A model generated the notes under the pieces. It saw nothing but the letters and a program-made list of their open reading frames with translations, did not search any database and was not told the origin of the DNA. Positions 25,006 to 36,952 of a stretch of 64,000 bases of DNA are shown here, piece by piece. Position 1 is the first letter of the stretch; every line of letters starts with the position of its first letter. Source of the DNA: Takakia lepidozioides (Eukaryota > Plantae > Bryophyta); contig CM060733.1 of NCBI GenBank assembly GCA_030704615.1, forward strand, positions 25,544,001-25,608,000, in the 5' to 3' direction. A program made the translations under genes and the position numbers.

Positions 25006-25959
25006 ATTAAAATAAAAATGAATGCAGAGTTGGGAGCATGGCCCAATTGTTCTCCATTCCACAAGCAAATCACCAAACACAAACATGAGCAACTGACGGT
25101 GCCTTTGGCCAATATTTTGGCTGGTATACACATTGGCAACATCTTTTATTTTCCAACACATACACAATAGCAATACAAATACTCATAGTGACAATGATCA
25201 CACTGGTATTACTTCACTACAGAAATGTAAACATGTCTACTAAAACGGGCTGATGCATGTCTACAACTATTTTGCTTCAATTCCTTCTACTGCTTCGACG
25301 GCGGGACGAAGAAGATCATAATCTTAATGCTCCGAGGGGCTGAAAATCCGAGTCACCCTCGACTTCACCACCATTGCCATGATCAGTGCTGGAATCGTCC
25401 TTCCTATCCGACCTCATATGTCCAGGCCTTTGAATCTGCAAGCGACCTCGAACCACATTTAGTTCTCTTTGAGGTTGACTTTCACTCCGATCTTGAATAC
25501 CATCCACGGTATTTGGCCTGTTTGTGGGCCGATCGCCTACAAAAGGTTGAATTGTTCTCTGTCATTTATGGACTTGGAACGCAATCGAAGGTGGTCTTGA
25601 AGGAGGTACCGGATGGGGTTTACCTGATCTTCATAGAGATTTATGCAATACTCAGCTAAGAGAACATTTTGTTTTTTGGGCACTTTTTATTGGTCCAAAT
25701 TTTGGCGGGGGAGTAGCGATGGGATGCTTGAAGCCACAGAACAAAATTGAGCAAAAAACAAAATCGACAGGGGTGAGCGCGTCGATGGGGGGGCAAATGA
25801 TTTATTCGTCTAATATGTCTCTGCACATGTGTTGCACACATGTTCAAGCACATGAGGGCAAAAGAGGGGCTTCAACCACATCCGTTCAATGGGTGCAATC
25901 GTCGTGCACGCATTGCAGGATTTCTTTTTTGCAATGAATAAAAACTAGATGAGAAGTGC

Positions 25960-26425
25960 ACGCCTCATTGGCCCATCGAACGAATTTCGATGGATCTCAT
26001 ATTACACTGGGACCTATCAGAGGGTACATTGAACACACCAGCCAAGTCTCAAAGCGAACGAAAATCATTTGGATGGGCAACCATCCGTTGGCCCATTGAA
26101 CGAATTCCGATTGATCTCATATTACTCTAGGGCCTCTTACATGGTACATTGAACATAGTGGCCAAGTCTCAAAGCGAACCAAAATCATTTCAATGGCCAA
26201 CCATCCGTTGAGCCATCGAATGGATTTCGATTGATCTCATATTAGTCGGGGACCTGTGAGAGGGTGTCTCGAACGTACTAGCAAAGTTTGGAAGCAAACA
26301 AAAATGATTTGGATAGGCAACCATCCATTCACCCGTTGAATGTATTCCGTTGGATCAGCTATTACTTTGGGACCTGTTGGACTGTGTTTCATGTGCTCAC
26401 AATTTTTTTTTTCATTCCGTTTTTG
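25960..26425 (-). repeat. 120-bp stem-loop repeat, block B (inverted copy of 20850-21300)
   Basis: Reverse complement matches block A, including the flank encoding KKN.EH.K.SPTGPKVIADPTEYIQ. Confidence 0.85.
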
Positions 26426-26566
26426 AATGGGGCATGTAATGACTCCATATGCAACGTGTGTGCCAAATTTGGGAGCGAACATAATTCATTTGTACCCAAA
26501 ACCACAGTTTCTCCTTTGTTTTACACTCCAAATTTGATTTGTGTTCTATTTCATGCACTATTTATA

Positions 26567-27085
26567 AAGAGTTCTGCAATAGTGAGCAAAAAGAACAATT
26601 TTTTTTTGGGGGCATTTTTTATTGGTCCAAATTTTGGCGGGGGAGTAGTGGTGGGATGCTCAAAGCCGCAGAACAAAAATTGAGCCAAAAACAAAATCGA
26701 TACGTGCCAGAAACCCCCAATGAAAGGCAGTGCAAACCTATTTATTGGCTTAAATTTAATTTAAATTCAATTAAATTCTGGAATGGCTTGAGGGGTGAGC
26801 GCGTCGATGGGGAGGCAAATGATTTATTCATCTAATGTATCTCTACACATGTGTCGCACACATGTTCAAGCATATGAGGGCAAAAGAGGGGCTTCAACCA
26901 CATCCGTTCAATGGGTGCAATAGCCATGCACGCATTGCAGGATTTCTTTTTCGCAATGAACAAAAATCAGATGAGAAGTGAATGGCTCATTGGCCCATCA
27001 AACAAATTTCGATTGATCTCATATTACACTGGGACCTATCAGAGGGCACATTGAATACACTGGCCAAATCTCAAAGTGAACGAAA
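26567..27085. repeat. Direct duplication of 25636-26065, ending in a partial 120-bp unit (block C)
   Basis: ATTGGTCCAAATTTTGGCGGGG...GGGGTGAGCGCGTCGATGGGG...GGGCAAAAGAGGGGCTTCAACC present in both copies; the second has a ~70-bp extra segment. Confidence 0.85.
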
Positions 27086-27838
27086 GAGTGTAACCTTCTA
27101 CTTCACGTGCATTCACAACAAAATATGAGATAACACCCGGATGCTAGAACTTCACTGCCACTGGTGGAATGGAGGGACAATACGCGACATGATGAACCTT
27201 GACAAAAAATGGGGCAACGATTCGGACAACAAGATGATTTTGGAACAAAGGGGAACGGAAACAGAGTTCCAGGAATGTGATCGCTTGCTTCCGTTTCCGG
27301 AAAGTGCGCAGTAAACTTGCCTGGGCACTGGTGTGCATCATGGATGTTGTCCACAAGAACGGTGTCATGCACAACGACTTGTTCCCTGACAACATCTTGT
27401 TCCCTGACAACATCTTGTTGCATTTTCCAGATGGCACCGAGGAGATCAACATTGGGGTGTGTGACTGGGGCTTAGCCACCCCATTGGGCATACGCAAAGC
27501 CTCGCCGTACCAATTTGAAAACCAAGACAAGTTGGACCGGGAACTCGTGAAAAGATGGTGGGTGGAAAAAGATATTGTATTGGTTTTCAATGCAAATGTC
27601 ACCCCCCCAGGACATGACGTCGGAGGCCTTTGCCGTTGGGAAGATAGCGGTATGAATAAATGGCGACGCTCATTATGATCAAAGTATGTTCGAGGACCAA
27701 TTTAGGGGAGGTTGTTGGCATTCAATGCTACAAAGGTTATACGACAACAACAAGAATGAGAAAGTCACATTAACCCATGTAGTATTTCGGTTCATGGGCA
27801 ATTGGCCTGAGCCGAAAGTCGTATATAGGACGGAGTAG
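27086..27838 (+). pseudogene. Atypical Ser/Thr protein kinase, C-terminal half (inverted relative to its N-terminal half)
   Basis: HWWNGGTIRDM; LAWALVCIMDVVHKNGVMHNDL..PDNILLHF; IGVCDWGLA; after a frameshift SEAFAVGKIA...MLQRLYD. There is an 18-bp duplication (FPDNIL twice). Confidence 0.75.
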
Positions 27839-27839
27839 A

Positions 27840-29500
27840 CCATAGTCTCGTAAATATGAGATTTGTGGCGGTATAGTGGTTCTTTTATGAAGACATAATT
27901 CAATTTTGATCGTGCATGTAATAAATAAAGTCTCATTGTAAATACTACATTGCATATATTTGACCCTGACACGTGTTATCGCAACATAAATGGTTTGTGT
28001 ATTGTCTCACTATTTATATTTGTAATGTTCCAACGTGGCTGATAGGGTTCTGAAAAAACGATGTATTAATTTCGTGCAAGTTAAACAACTAACGTCTCAC
28101 ATCTCATTCGAATGTGCGACACTACCATGTGAGGCATGAGTCTGTAAGTAATATGTGTACATGCGACCTCCGAAGTCTGAACATTCAATACAAGGTCCAG
28201 CAAATGCTTTGCTGAAACTCCCCGAGGTCGCATGTACTATCGTCTCCTGCCTCACATGGTAGTGTCGCGCATGAGAATGAGATATGGAACGTAAGTTGTC
28301 TTACTCCTACGGAACCAATACATCGTTTTTCTCATAATCTTGTCAGAAACGTTGGAACATACAAACAGTGACACAGTACACGACCAGTTTTGTTGAAATG
28401 ACATCTGTGAGGTTCGAGCATAGGCAATTTATTATTTACAACGGAACTTTATTTACTTGGGGGACCGGTACTATTGCAGGAGCGCAACTGATGGTGCGAG
28501 TTCTCTATTGATTAGAGCTATCACAACCAATGTCAACAATCATATTTACGGTAAGGTGTTTCATGCTATTGTTGTTCCTCTAGCTGAATTCTGTAGTACT
28601 CTTTTTGTTATTCCCATGCCAACATCATCTGAGACTGTCATGTTCAAACGAACGTATCAGCCACCCCGGCCAACTTGCAGGCTGTAGCCATGGCCCACCA
28701 TAAATTGAACGAATTGGAGATTTTGTGCTCAGTTCCTAGTTTCATGTCCGTGGTGGCTGATATACAGAATTCGAAATATGGCAATCCCAGTGGACCTGAT
28801 GTTATTGGCATGGGAGTAGCAAAACGATTCCTAAAGAAATCAGCTACATAAATATTGGCAATATGAAACACCTTGCAATACATATGATTCTTGAGATTGT
28901 TTGCACGGATTATTTGTGTTTGTGCCTTCAAGTGGCGAACATTTTCGCCATGGTGCGGAAGAGGTGCATTGGCCGCATTAAACGGTTTATGTGATACCAT
29001 TTCACAAATGTATCACATGGCATTTGTGAAAATATATCACATGAACCGTTCCATGTGGCCTACGGGAGTCTTCGATGGGTACGAGATCAATGTGGCCTAC
29101 GAGATCAGCTTCTACCAACGAACATGTGATCATTTCAGAAGCGCTTGAAGCGACGATTGACAAGGTTCTTGATCCAGATGTTCAACATGCTGAGGTCTTC
29201 TGTAATGTCTCTTGCTTTGTAATGATGTGCTTCTCCCACTCTTATTTTTTCAACGTTGATATTCTCCATCTGGAACATATCCACACATGCGTATATAAAT
29301 ACTTAAAAAACCAAATGACCATCAAAACTGAAAGTTGTGGATGAAGCTTATAAAAGTGGAGATGGTCATTTGCTTATTTAAGGATTTCTACACACATGTG
29401 TGGATCTGTTCGAGGTGGAGAACATCAATATATTGGATAAAGTAGACATGGAGAAGAACCGCATTACGAAGCATGAGACACTATAAAAAGAGCTTCAAGG
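27840..29500 (+). ncRNA. Putative hairpin-RNA cluster (three long imperfect stem-loops plus small ones)
   Basis: Inverted repeats at 27922-28455, 28524-28903 and 29191-29497; small hairpins at ~27839-27868, 28920-28968 and 28990-29043. Many arm differences would form G:U pairs on the + strand. Transcription is not demonstrated. Confidence 0.5.
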
Positions 29501-29514
29501 GGCATACCATATAA

Positions 29515-29812
29515 CAGGTCCCAGTATAATCGAAGACGAAACCCCATTCATTCAATGGACGATTGAATGGTTGCCCATCCAAATGATTTTTGTTTGCTTT
29601 CAATCTTTGCCACTATGTTCAACATACCATGTATCAGGTCCCAGACTAATATGAGATCAATCGAAATTCATTCGATGACTCAACGGATGGTTGAAATGAT
29701 TTTTGATTCGCTTTGAGACTTGGCCACTATCTCAATGTGCCATGTAAGAGGCCCTAGAGTAGTATGAGATCACTTGAAATTCGTTCAATGGGCCAACGGA
29801 TGGTTGCCCATC
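29515..29812 (+). repeat. 120-bp stem-loop repeat, block D
   Basis: AATATGAGATCAATCGAAATTCATTCGATG and GGGCCAACGGATGGTTGCCCATC units; the block is cut mid-unit at 29812. Confidence 0.85.
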
Positions 29813-31700
29813 ACACTCGTCGTTATGTTGTCTCAACACCTTTACTGGATTTTTGGACTTGGGTTTTTTTCCCGCTATCTCCCAACGCTCTGGTATTCTA
29901 GAATTGCCAACAATCCTACACTGACGGACCTTAGCATACCCACCTTCTTTGTAAAGGCCAATCTCTACCACCTTCGCAGTAGAGTTTAGGTAATAAAGAC
30001 CAGTTGTGCATCCCCCGCCCGATGACCCACCTTCCAAGGGACAACCCTAGTCCGGCGATGTGAATTCTGAGTTGCCAAGCAAGCCCAATACTCAACACGC
30101 CGCATTAACTCAGCTTCGGCGGAGGGTACTCGACCCTCGGTTGTTCTACCATTCCATGTCTTCATTAGTTGCTTCAAATTCCACGTGGCGTCTTTCGCCT
30201 TACTTTGGATCCACCGATTGAACTTCGGCTTGTCCCTGTCCGCCGTCCACTTAACCCCCGCCAAAGCGTTTGTCATTTTCCTCTCCATATTTTGCTGGAA
30301 AATCTGAAACCCCTCCCATCCATGTCGCGGCCTTTTGCCTTGAGGGCAGGGGGTCGGTACATAAGAAGGGTTGCCCCTGTGGTGGGGGCAGTGAAAACAA
30401 TAGGTACGGGGGCCGAAGCACCCTTGAGTGCCCAAGGCACTCAAAGAGGCGGAGGCGCTTACTAGGTGGAGCCCCGCACACCGGGTTGCGGTGGGGGTGG
30501 TTCCACAAGGGGTGGTGGTAGCTTAGTGGGTCTTAGTGGGGGTGGCATAGGACTCACCATGGGGCGGAAACCTTGTGGTGGGAGTCATGGGGAGTCTTGG
30601 GACTCATCACGGCCCAATGGGGCCATGGTGGGTGGGTCAAGACTCACCGCAACTCATCACTGGGAGTCGAGGGTTTTCGTGGTGGTTCGCCATAAAAGGA
30701 CGGTGTTGTTTGTAAAACCCTCGCGGACAGTCACATAAGTATATATGGGGAGTAGTAACCCCGAGAACGGTGCAAGCCCGTTGCTGACAAAAACCTAGTG
30801 AGTAAGCGTGCGAGCCGGAAAGCGACCAAGGTGTGGGGAGCTGTTCCGGACTACCATCGACTAAAGGGAATTTCCACTTGGCCCAAATTGAGAGAGGGTC
30901 TCGTGGAGGAGTAAAGGAGGACCGTTATGTCCCGGTGAGTAGCCGAAGCTCCGAGTTGGCCCGGCGGCCAGTTTGGGAGTTAGGCGCGCTCATCGAAGCG
31001 AGTAACTATGACTTGAAGGGGAGCTTACCAAAGTGAGATGCATGACAATCCATGCCTGACATAAGCACTCTCCAGCCTCATCATGTCCCTACCTTTGAAA
31101 TAATCCACTACCACTTCTTTCACCCTATCCAAGGCATCCGGTCTCGGGTAGTCTGGCTTGTTGACCTGGCTATCCCACTCGTGGGCACGTTTTCTCTTCC
31201 TCCGACCCCCAGACGACCCCTCCCCAGAACTTGAATTCACAACCCCCAACATTGTATAAACTTTGGAAGGAACCCTCCGGATCAGCAATGAGTCGGAGTA
31301 TTGAAGGCTTTCCGAGGGTTCACGATGGTGCTCAAATTGAGGGTGGATCCTCTGTCAGATCCTTGTCCTCCCGGGAAGCTTGCGACACTCTTCTTCTCTC
31401 GGGTCTTCCTGGGTGTAAAGTCCAAGGTGCAGGTGAAGAACACAAATATCTCGGAGACTTTATCGACCTTTCCCAACATTCCTCACCCTCCCTGTGCAGT
31501 ACGCAGGGTCTGGTCTATCCAACCCGCAGGTCAACCGTCGGGGACTCGGCTACGGTTCCGCTGCACCTGCTTCCGTCTCTTCCTCGCATATCTCCCCAGC
31601 ACGAGGGTTGGACAGCCCAAATCCGCAGGAGTCAGGTGACTTAAACTCATTTCTCGCCCCTTGCTCATTCTCCTAGTTTCACTTAGTTTGGGGTCTGATA
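29813..31700 (-). pseudogene. N-terminal part of the kinase gene (Pro-rich and low-complexity extension plus kinase N-lobe)
   Basis: GLYKEGGYAKVRQCRI..WEIAGKKPK..RQHNDE (Gly-loop, VAIK-equivalent lysine, alphaC Glu) at ~29815-29975. Upstream frames include PMPPPLRPTKLPPPLVEPPPPQP. The 5' limit is uncertain. Confidence 0.55.
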
Positions 31701-32111
31701 TTCATCTGTCGCTCCAGGTAAGAAAATCTGCAGATTATGACCTTCCTGTCAAACGACGTCTGCATTGGAATGAAGTTCCAAGGTAAATTATTCCTTCGTG
31801 GCGTTTTTCTTCCATCCAGGATGTCGAGTGCTCAAGGGACAATTTTTTGTGCTTGCTTGTTGTTGTCCCTCCACTCCTCCCGTCGTTCAATGGCAAAATA
31901 TCTTCAACATCGACACAGCGTGACCCTGAACTGCTGGCACAATGTTCTGCACCAAAGAGGCGAAAAAGAGCCCCCAAGCCATTTCCTTCCTCTGCAGGAA
32001 ATCTTTCCAATGGACAAAAGGCTGACAAGAAAAAAAGAACGGATGCTAAACACTTGAGGACTCCCTCGGATGTTGTGGCGCCTCGTCAATCCAAGCCCGC
32101 AGGAATCCACT

Positions 32112-35100
32112 GTTCTTGACTGTGATTGACTGTGATTGGCTATGACAGACTGTGTAAGGCTGTGTCGGGTTGTGTAAGGTTGTGTATGGCTATGATAGAC
32201 TATGATAGGCTGTGTACGACTGTCTACCACCCCTAAAGCCTGTGCCTGTTACCCCTAAATCCTCTATTGGTCTAAGTCTACCATCTGTAAGTCTGCGCAA
32301 AAATTAAGGATACCCCACAAAGCCCATAAAAGTGTCTAAGTCCCAGACAGCCCTCTAACATTACCCCTCCCCCTCTCAAAAAGCCGTGTCCTCACGGTTT
32401 ACTGTTTAGGATCAGCAAACCTTTGTGAGCGAACACCCTTCTGACGGTGAGAGTCCTTTGGAGGGCTCTGTGTGCGAGCTCGAGCCCTGTTACTGGCTGA
32501 TGGAGACGATTGAGTACCAAACGGAAATGTCTGACCCTCCTGTGGTTGATAACGAGGTAACCTCTCAGGCATAGAAGATCCCCGCCGTTTCTTCTCTGCC
32601 GTCTGTAGTGCGTAGTCCTCCGCCATATCAAAAGGTTCATCTGTAGAACTAGTAGTATCAGAATCATCTTCCCCCCTGAGGTGTTTTGGCGGCCGAACCT
32701 TAAGTGGCTCCTCAAGAATCCTGCGTGGCATGCAGTGTTGGCCCACCATGTCTGGAAGCTTGAACTGTACTACTTGCTTTAATCATTTGCAAGCAAAATG
32801 AGTGAACTCCCTGAACCCCTTGGCCGTATAGGTGAGAGGTGTGCCAATGACTTTGGAACAATGTAAGTATTTCCAGGCTTCATGTCCCTTATAGAAAATA
32901 TCATCAGGGCCCAATTTTTCTTTGGCCAAGCTGTTCCAAGCCAGATTAAACCATGAACAAAGCTGGGAATCCTTCTGCATCATGACTTTCGCATCATACA
33001 GATACATATGGGGTGGAATTGAAGGTAAGACCCAATGATCCCCACTGGAATAACTCAGATATCTTGACTGCATCTTCTGCTGTTCAATGTGATATCGTGC
33101 AATGAAACAAGCAACATAGTACAATCCACAGCCCATGACAATACTAGATACCTCCTTGGTTTTGGTGTAGATGTACCCATGAACAACCTGGAATGCAATT
33201 AATTCCCTCAGCATGGTGCCTGCCTCAGACCAGTACCTTGCAAAATGATGATCCTCAATGGGTTGATTGTTCAGAAGAACCTTCGTCCTAGTTGCCACTA
33301 ACAACCAAATGCGCATGATTTGGTAATAATGTGCCAGAGACTGTGGAGGACTGAATTCCTTCCAAGCCAAATCTATCAGAATGGGAATTTGGTTGAAGGG
33401 CATAATCATAGCCCGATTGTACTCCAGTGCAGCAGGAGTCCTTAGGGGGTTAAAAGCAGCATCCCCCCAAACCTCAGACTATGGCTTCACCATGGTATCA
33501 ACAGTGTCAGCCACCTGCACAATCACCTGCACAACCACCTGCTGTAGGGGCTGTGCTATTGCCGCCACTGTCTCTCCTACTGCTGGCAATTCTTGCACCT
33601 CCTGTGATGAAGACTGAAAAATCAGAGTCCTGGCATGCAAATAAGTAGCCACTAGCTGCTCCTCAGGAACAAAGACTCGTTTGTCAATATTGGAACTCAA
33701 GTCATCCACTTGAGTCTGCAGCCCTTCCACATCATCTTGTAACTCTGTTATCCTACTATAGACATTGTGTGAGATCATTCATCTCCCCCTGGGTTCCGTG
33801 GTGCTTTCCCTTCCACCGGCCCTTGTGTTAACCATACTTGCATAAGATGATTATCCACCAAGTGCTGTGTAGCACCCCTGAGAGCCTGCTCCTCCTTGAG
33901 TTTGTACACATCTAATTGCTGTTGTAAGGCCTCCATGCGCTTCGCATGAGGTTCAACCAGGGCCGCATAGGCAGCAGACAGATTGTTAGCTTCCTTCCAA
34001 GCCTTGTTAGCCACAGAGAGTTCATTCTTATGACCTGTGAGTGTTTGCTGCAACTTCAGGATGTATCTTTCCTTCTCAGCCTCAACCTGACTGTACTGTT
34101 GGAAAGTATCCTCATTGCGACGGATAGTAGCCTTCAAATCGGCAATGAGTTTCCCTTGCTCTACTGTCTCAGCCTCTGCTATCATACACCTCTCTGCTTG
34201 TCTGTTAACTTCTAATGCAGTTTGGTCCAGAGCAGTTGTTAGTGTGGCACATTGGATGGTAATTTTCTGATGAACTGCCTCCAACTCTGTATGAAGCACG
34301 TTCACTTCCTACAATTTGCCCTCATGTTTCACGTGCAATTGGTATAGATGTTGCTTATGTGCTTCATGCAACTTCCCTTGCTCCAAACCTGCTTCAATCA
34401 GATTCCCCTTTGCTAGCTGCAGGGCAGCCTTAGTGTCTCCAACTCTTTCTGCAACTTGAAGTTCGCCTCCCCATCCACCTTGTTTGCGTGCACACTCAGT
34501 GGCAATTCTAGCCTCAAACTCCTGCTTGAGTTCCTCCCTCAAAGCTGCCAATTGTGTAAATGGAACATGAGATTTCACATATGTGCCCAACAAATTGAGT
34601 GTTCTACTTATGGATCTCATAAGCATGGCCTGCTGTGGGTCTTCATGGGAACCCTGTTGGTGGTCCCCCTGATTCTCCATAGTGTGACGTTTCACCAACC
34701 ATTCAGGCCATGTTCCCACCAGATTTTCATCCTAAACGACCTCATTCTCCACAGGTGCTGCAGTGCCCTTACCTTCTACCCCTGAAACTTCTTCCACAGA
34801 TTTGGGCATCACATGCACAGCAGGGATTTCCTTGGTCAAACTCTGCATCTTTGGCACCACTGGTTCCCTGACCAAGCCAGAGTTTTCATAGAGAAGATCC
34901 CCCTTCTCAATTTCTGCCACTACCTGCTCTGTAGTGGGGATGTCCAACCCTTCTCCTTCCAGAGCAATAGACTCTGGTGTAACAACATGTACTATCTGAG
35001 TGACCCCCGGAACAATTGAGTCAACTGGCTGTGGTACTGAAGTGACTTCTTCCTCCCTCTCCACAGGCCGTGCTTTCAACAACAACAACCCTCTTTGCTG

Positions 35101-36945
35101 CTGTTCCCCATCCTGTACAAGAACTATGGAAACATCATTTTGTGGTTTCCTTGAAGCTAGTGGATCTGCCAAAGTCGTATCCCATTTCTGCTTCTTGGAC
35201 TAGTGCTGCCCCTCTAATCCACCTTCATCTTGTGACGAGCCCTGCTCCTCAATTGCAGTTGTGGCTGTCTCAAACACTCCAATCTCCTTGCGTTCACACG
35301 CATCCAGTATACAAGAATCAAGAATAATTTGCGCAATTACTGGGCCAGACACAATGATCAGAGACTTAGCAGCAGTGCCTTGTAACCGCTTCATCTCTTC
35401 CACCAGACCATTGTACATCAGCTCCGCCCAAGCTACATCCTCTCCCCTCAAGGCTTTCAGTATCTCCTCCGTGAATGATCTGCTCAAGTACTGTTGGTTC
35501 TATTTCATGGCAAACAGAACGTTCAGTATTTGGCCAACTTCCCTTAACCCCGGGTACTCGGCCTTGGTGCAAGTGTATCCTTGAGTTTTAAAGAAACTCC
35601 CTTCTTGGAACAAATTTGACTAGTTGCAATCTTGCCATGTGTTCATCCACATTCACATGCCCAGATGGCAATTCAAACAGTTGCTGCAAGTACTGGGGAG
35701 TAATCTCTATATCTACTCCCCTCACCTGTGTAACTCCTGTCCGAGGCTCAAAGTTCTGAACAAATTGAATCATATACTTCTGATGATGCAAAGACCATTC
35801 CTTGCGTAGCAGCCCTTCCAATCGCAATCCTTCAGCAGCTGCACTGCCTGTGGTGTAGCAATTGTTTGTTTTTGCAGAATCGTGGTGCTCTTCACCCTGA
35901 TATCCTCCATTCCCCTAACTCTCTTTATCCCAGAAAAACAAGAAGGCCTTGTTTGAAACAGTTGTAGGAAAGCTTGCAGGGCATAGAGCATAAAGGTATG
36001 GTTGGCACAGAAAGGAACGAGTAAGTGCGTGTAAGCCTGTGGGGCTTGCAGATAGTGCGTGAGAGAGAATGTCATTTCCACCCGTCCGTCCTTGTGTGAG
36101 AAGTAATGCTAGCGTGTAGTCTGTAATATCCGCCATAGCTACAAAGCTATAGCTTTGATTGCCCCTCCCGTCGAGACGCTGGCTATTCGGAGCAACCCCG
36201 ACTCTTCCGCTCATAACTTTTCTAATTTCTTGTTCTTGTTTCTTGGAGGGAACCACCTGCATGCGATTCTCGCTCCTGATTGGTTGTTGCCTCCTCGGGT
36301 AACTTCTTAATTCTACCATTTTCCGGTCACATTCCCACCTGGAATGTCTACTAGGACAGCACAAGTGGCAAAGGTCCCGTTCCCTGTTCCCTGGATGCAT
36401 TAATAGCCCCGCAATTAATTTCGGTTGCTGTACCGGTTAGGTACTTCGACGGCCCATTTTGTCTTTTTGCATGATGACACCAGTTATTGCAGTTCATGCA
36501 AAGCGGAGTGCTTTGCCCCTTATGCCACATGTTTGAACTCCAACACTTTTCCGTCGCCCTCTGCCCGCATGGCTTGTTCTCCGAGTTTGACTCCTAAGCT
36601 GACCTTACATTTACCGGCCACTTTTCTGACGTTAACCCGCGTCCACCCGTCACTGATCATATGGACTGTGCAACCTGCGTGGGCTGTGTCAGGCTGTGTC
36701 AAACTGTGATGGGCTGTGTGATGCTGTGATGGGCTGTGATAACGGTGTGAACACCCGTGTTCTCCGCTCAGGCCATACACATTCGGCTCTACGACAAGTG
36801 CTTCATGCTCCGTCGGTATCACCGGTGCAGCCCGTGACTGTTTCTGTGTTTCAATATGCAAATCATGTTGCAATGGTTTGTCATGGATACCACTGTATCC
36901 CTTCAACTTATTGGCATTGACTCTTCCCAACATCTCTTTGTTAAT
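32112..36945 (-). mobile_element. 3' half of a Ty3/gypsy (non-chromovirus) element: integrase end, extra ORFs, PPT and truncated 3' LTR
   Basis: Integrase tail MLGRVNANKLKGY at ~36890-36933. PPT GAGAGGGGGAGGGG (32364-32377) is followed by TAA and LTR start TGTTAGAGGG at 32360. The LTR remnant has CACAG-type repeats down to ~32112. Confidence 0.75.
32399..35910 (-). pseudogene. Large extra ORF downstream of pol (env-like / plant transposon protein N-terminus, coiled coil, unknown C-terminal domain), ~1150 codons, disrupted
   Basis: Collinear ORFs from MEDIRVK (35910): IQFVQNF..VRGVDIEITPQYLQQLFELP, GEDVAWAELMY, heptad-rich 33775-34719, then 32783-33409 and 32399-32749. Confidence 0.6.
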
Positions 36946-36952
36946 GGTTTGT

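Noticed and set aside
25215-25228. CACTA terminus (CACTACAGAAA)
   Set aside because: It points away from array 2, and no partner TAGTG end or TSD was identified.
27740-27830. Additional hairpin of the RNA cluster
   Set aside because: It lies within the frameshifted kinase C-terminal coding sequence.
30795-30840. Group II intron 5' end (GTGCGAGCCGGAAAGCGACC)
   Set aside because: No domain V/VI or maturase was recognised; the region fits the decayed minus-strand ORF.
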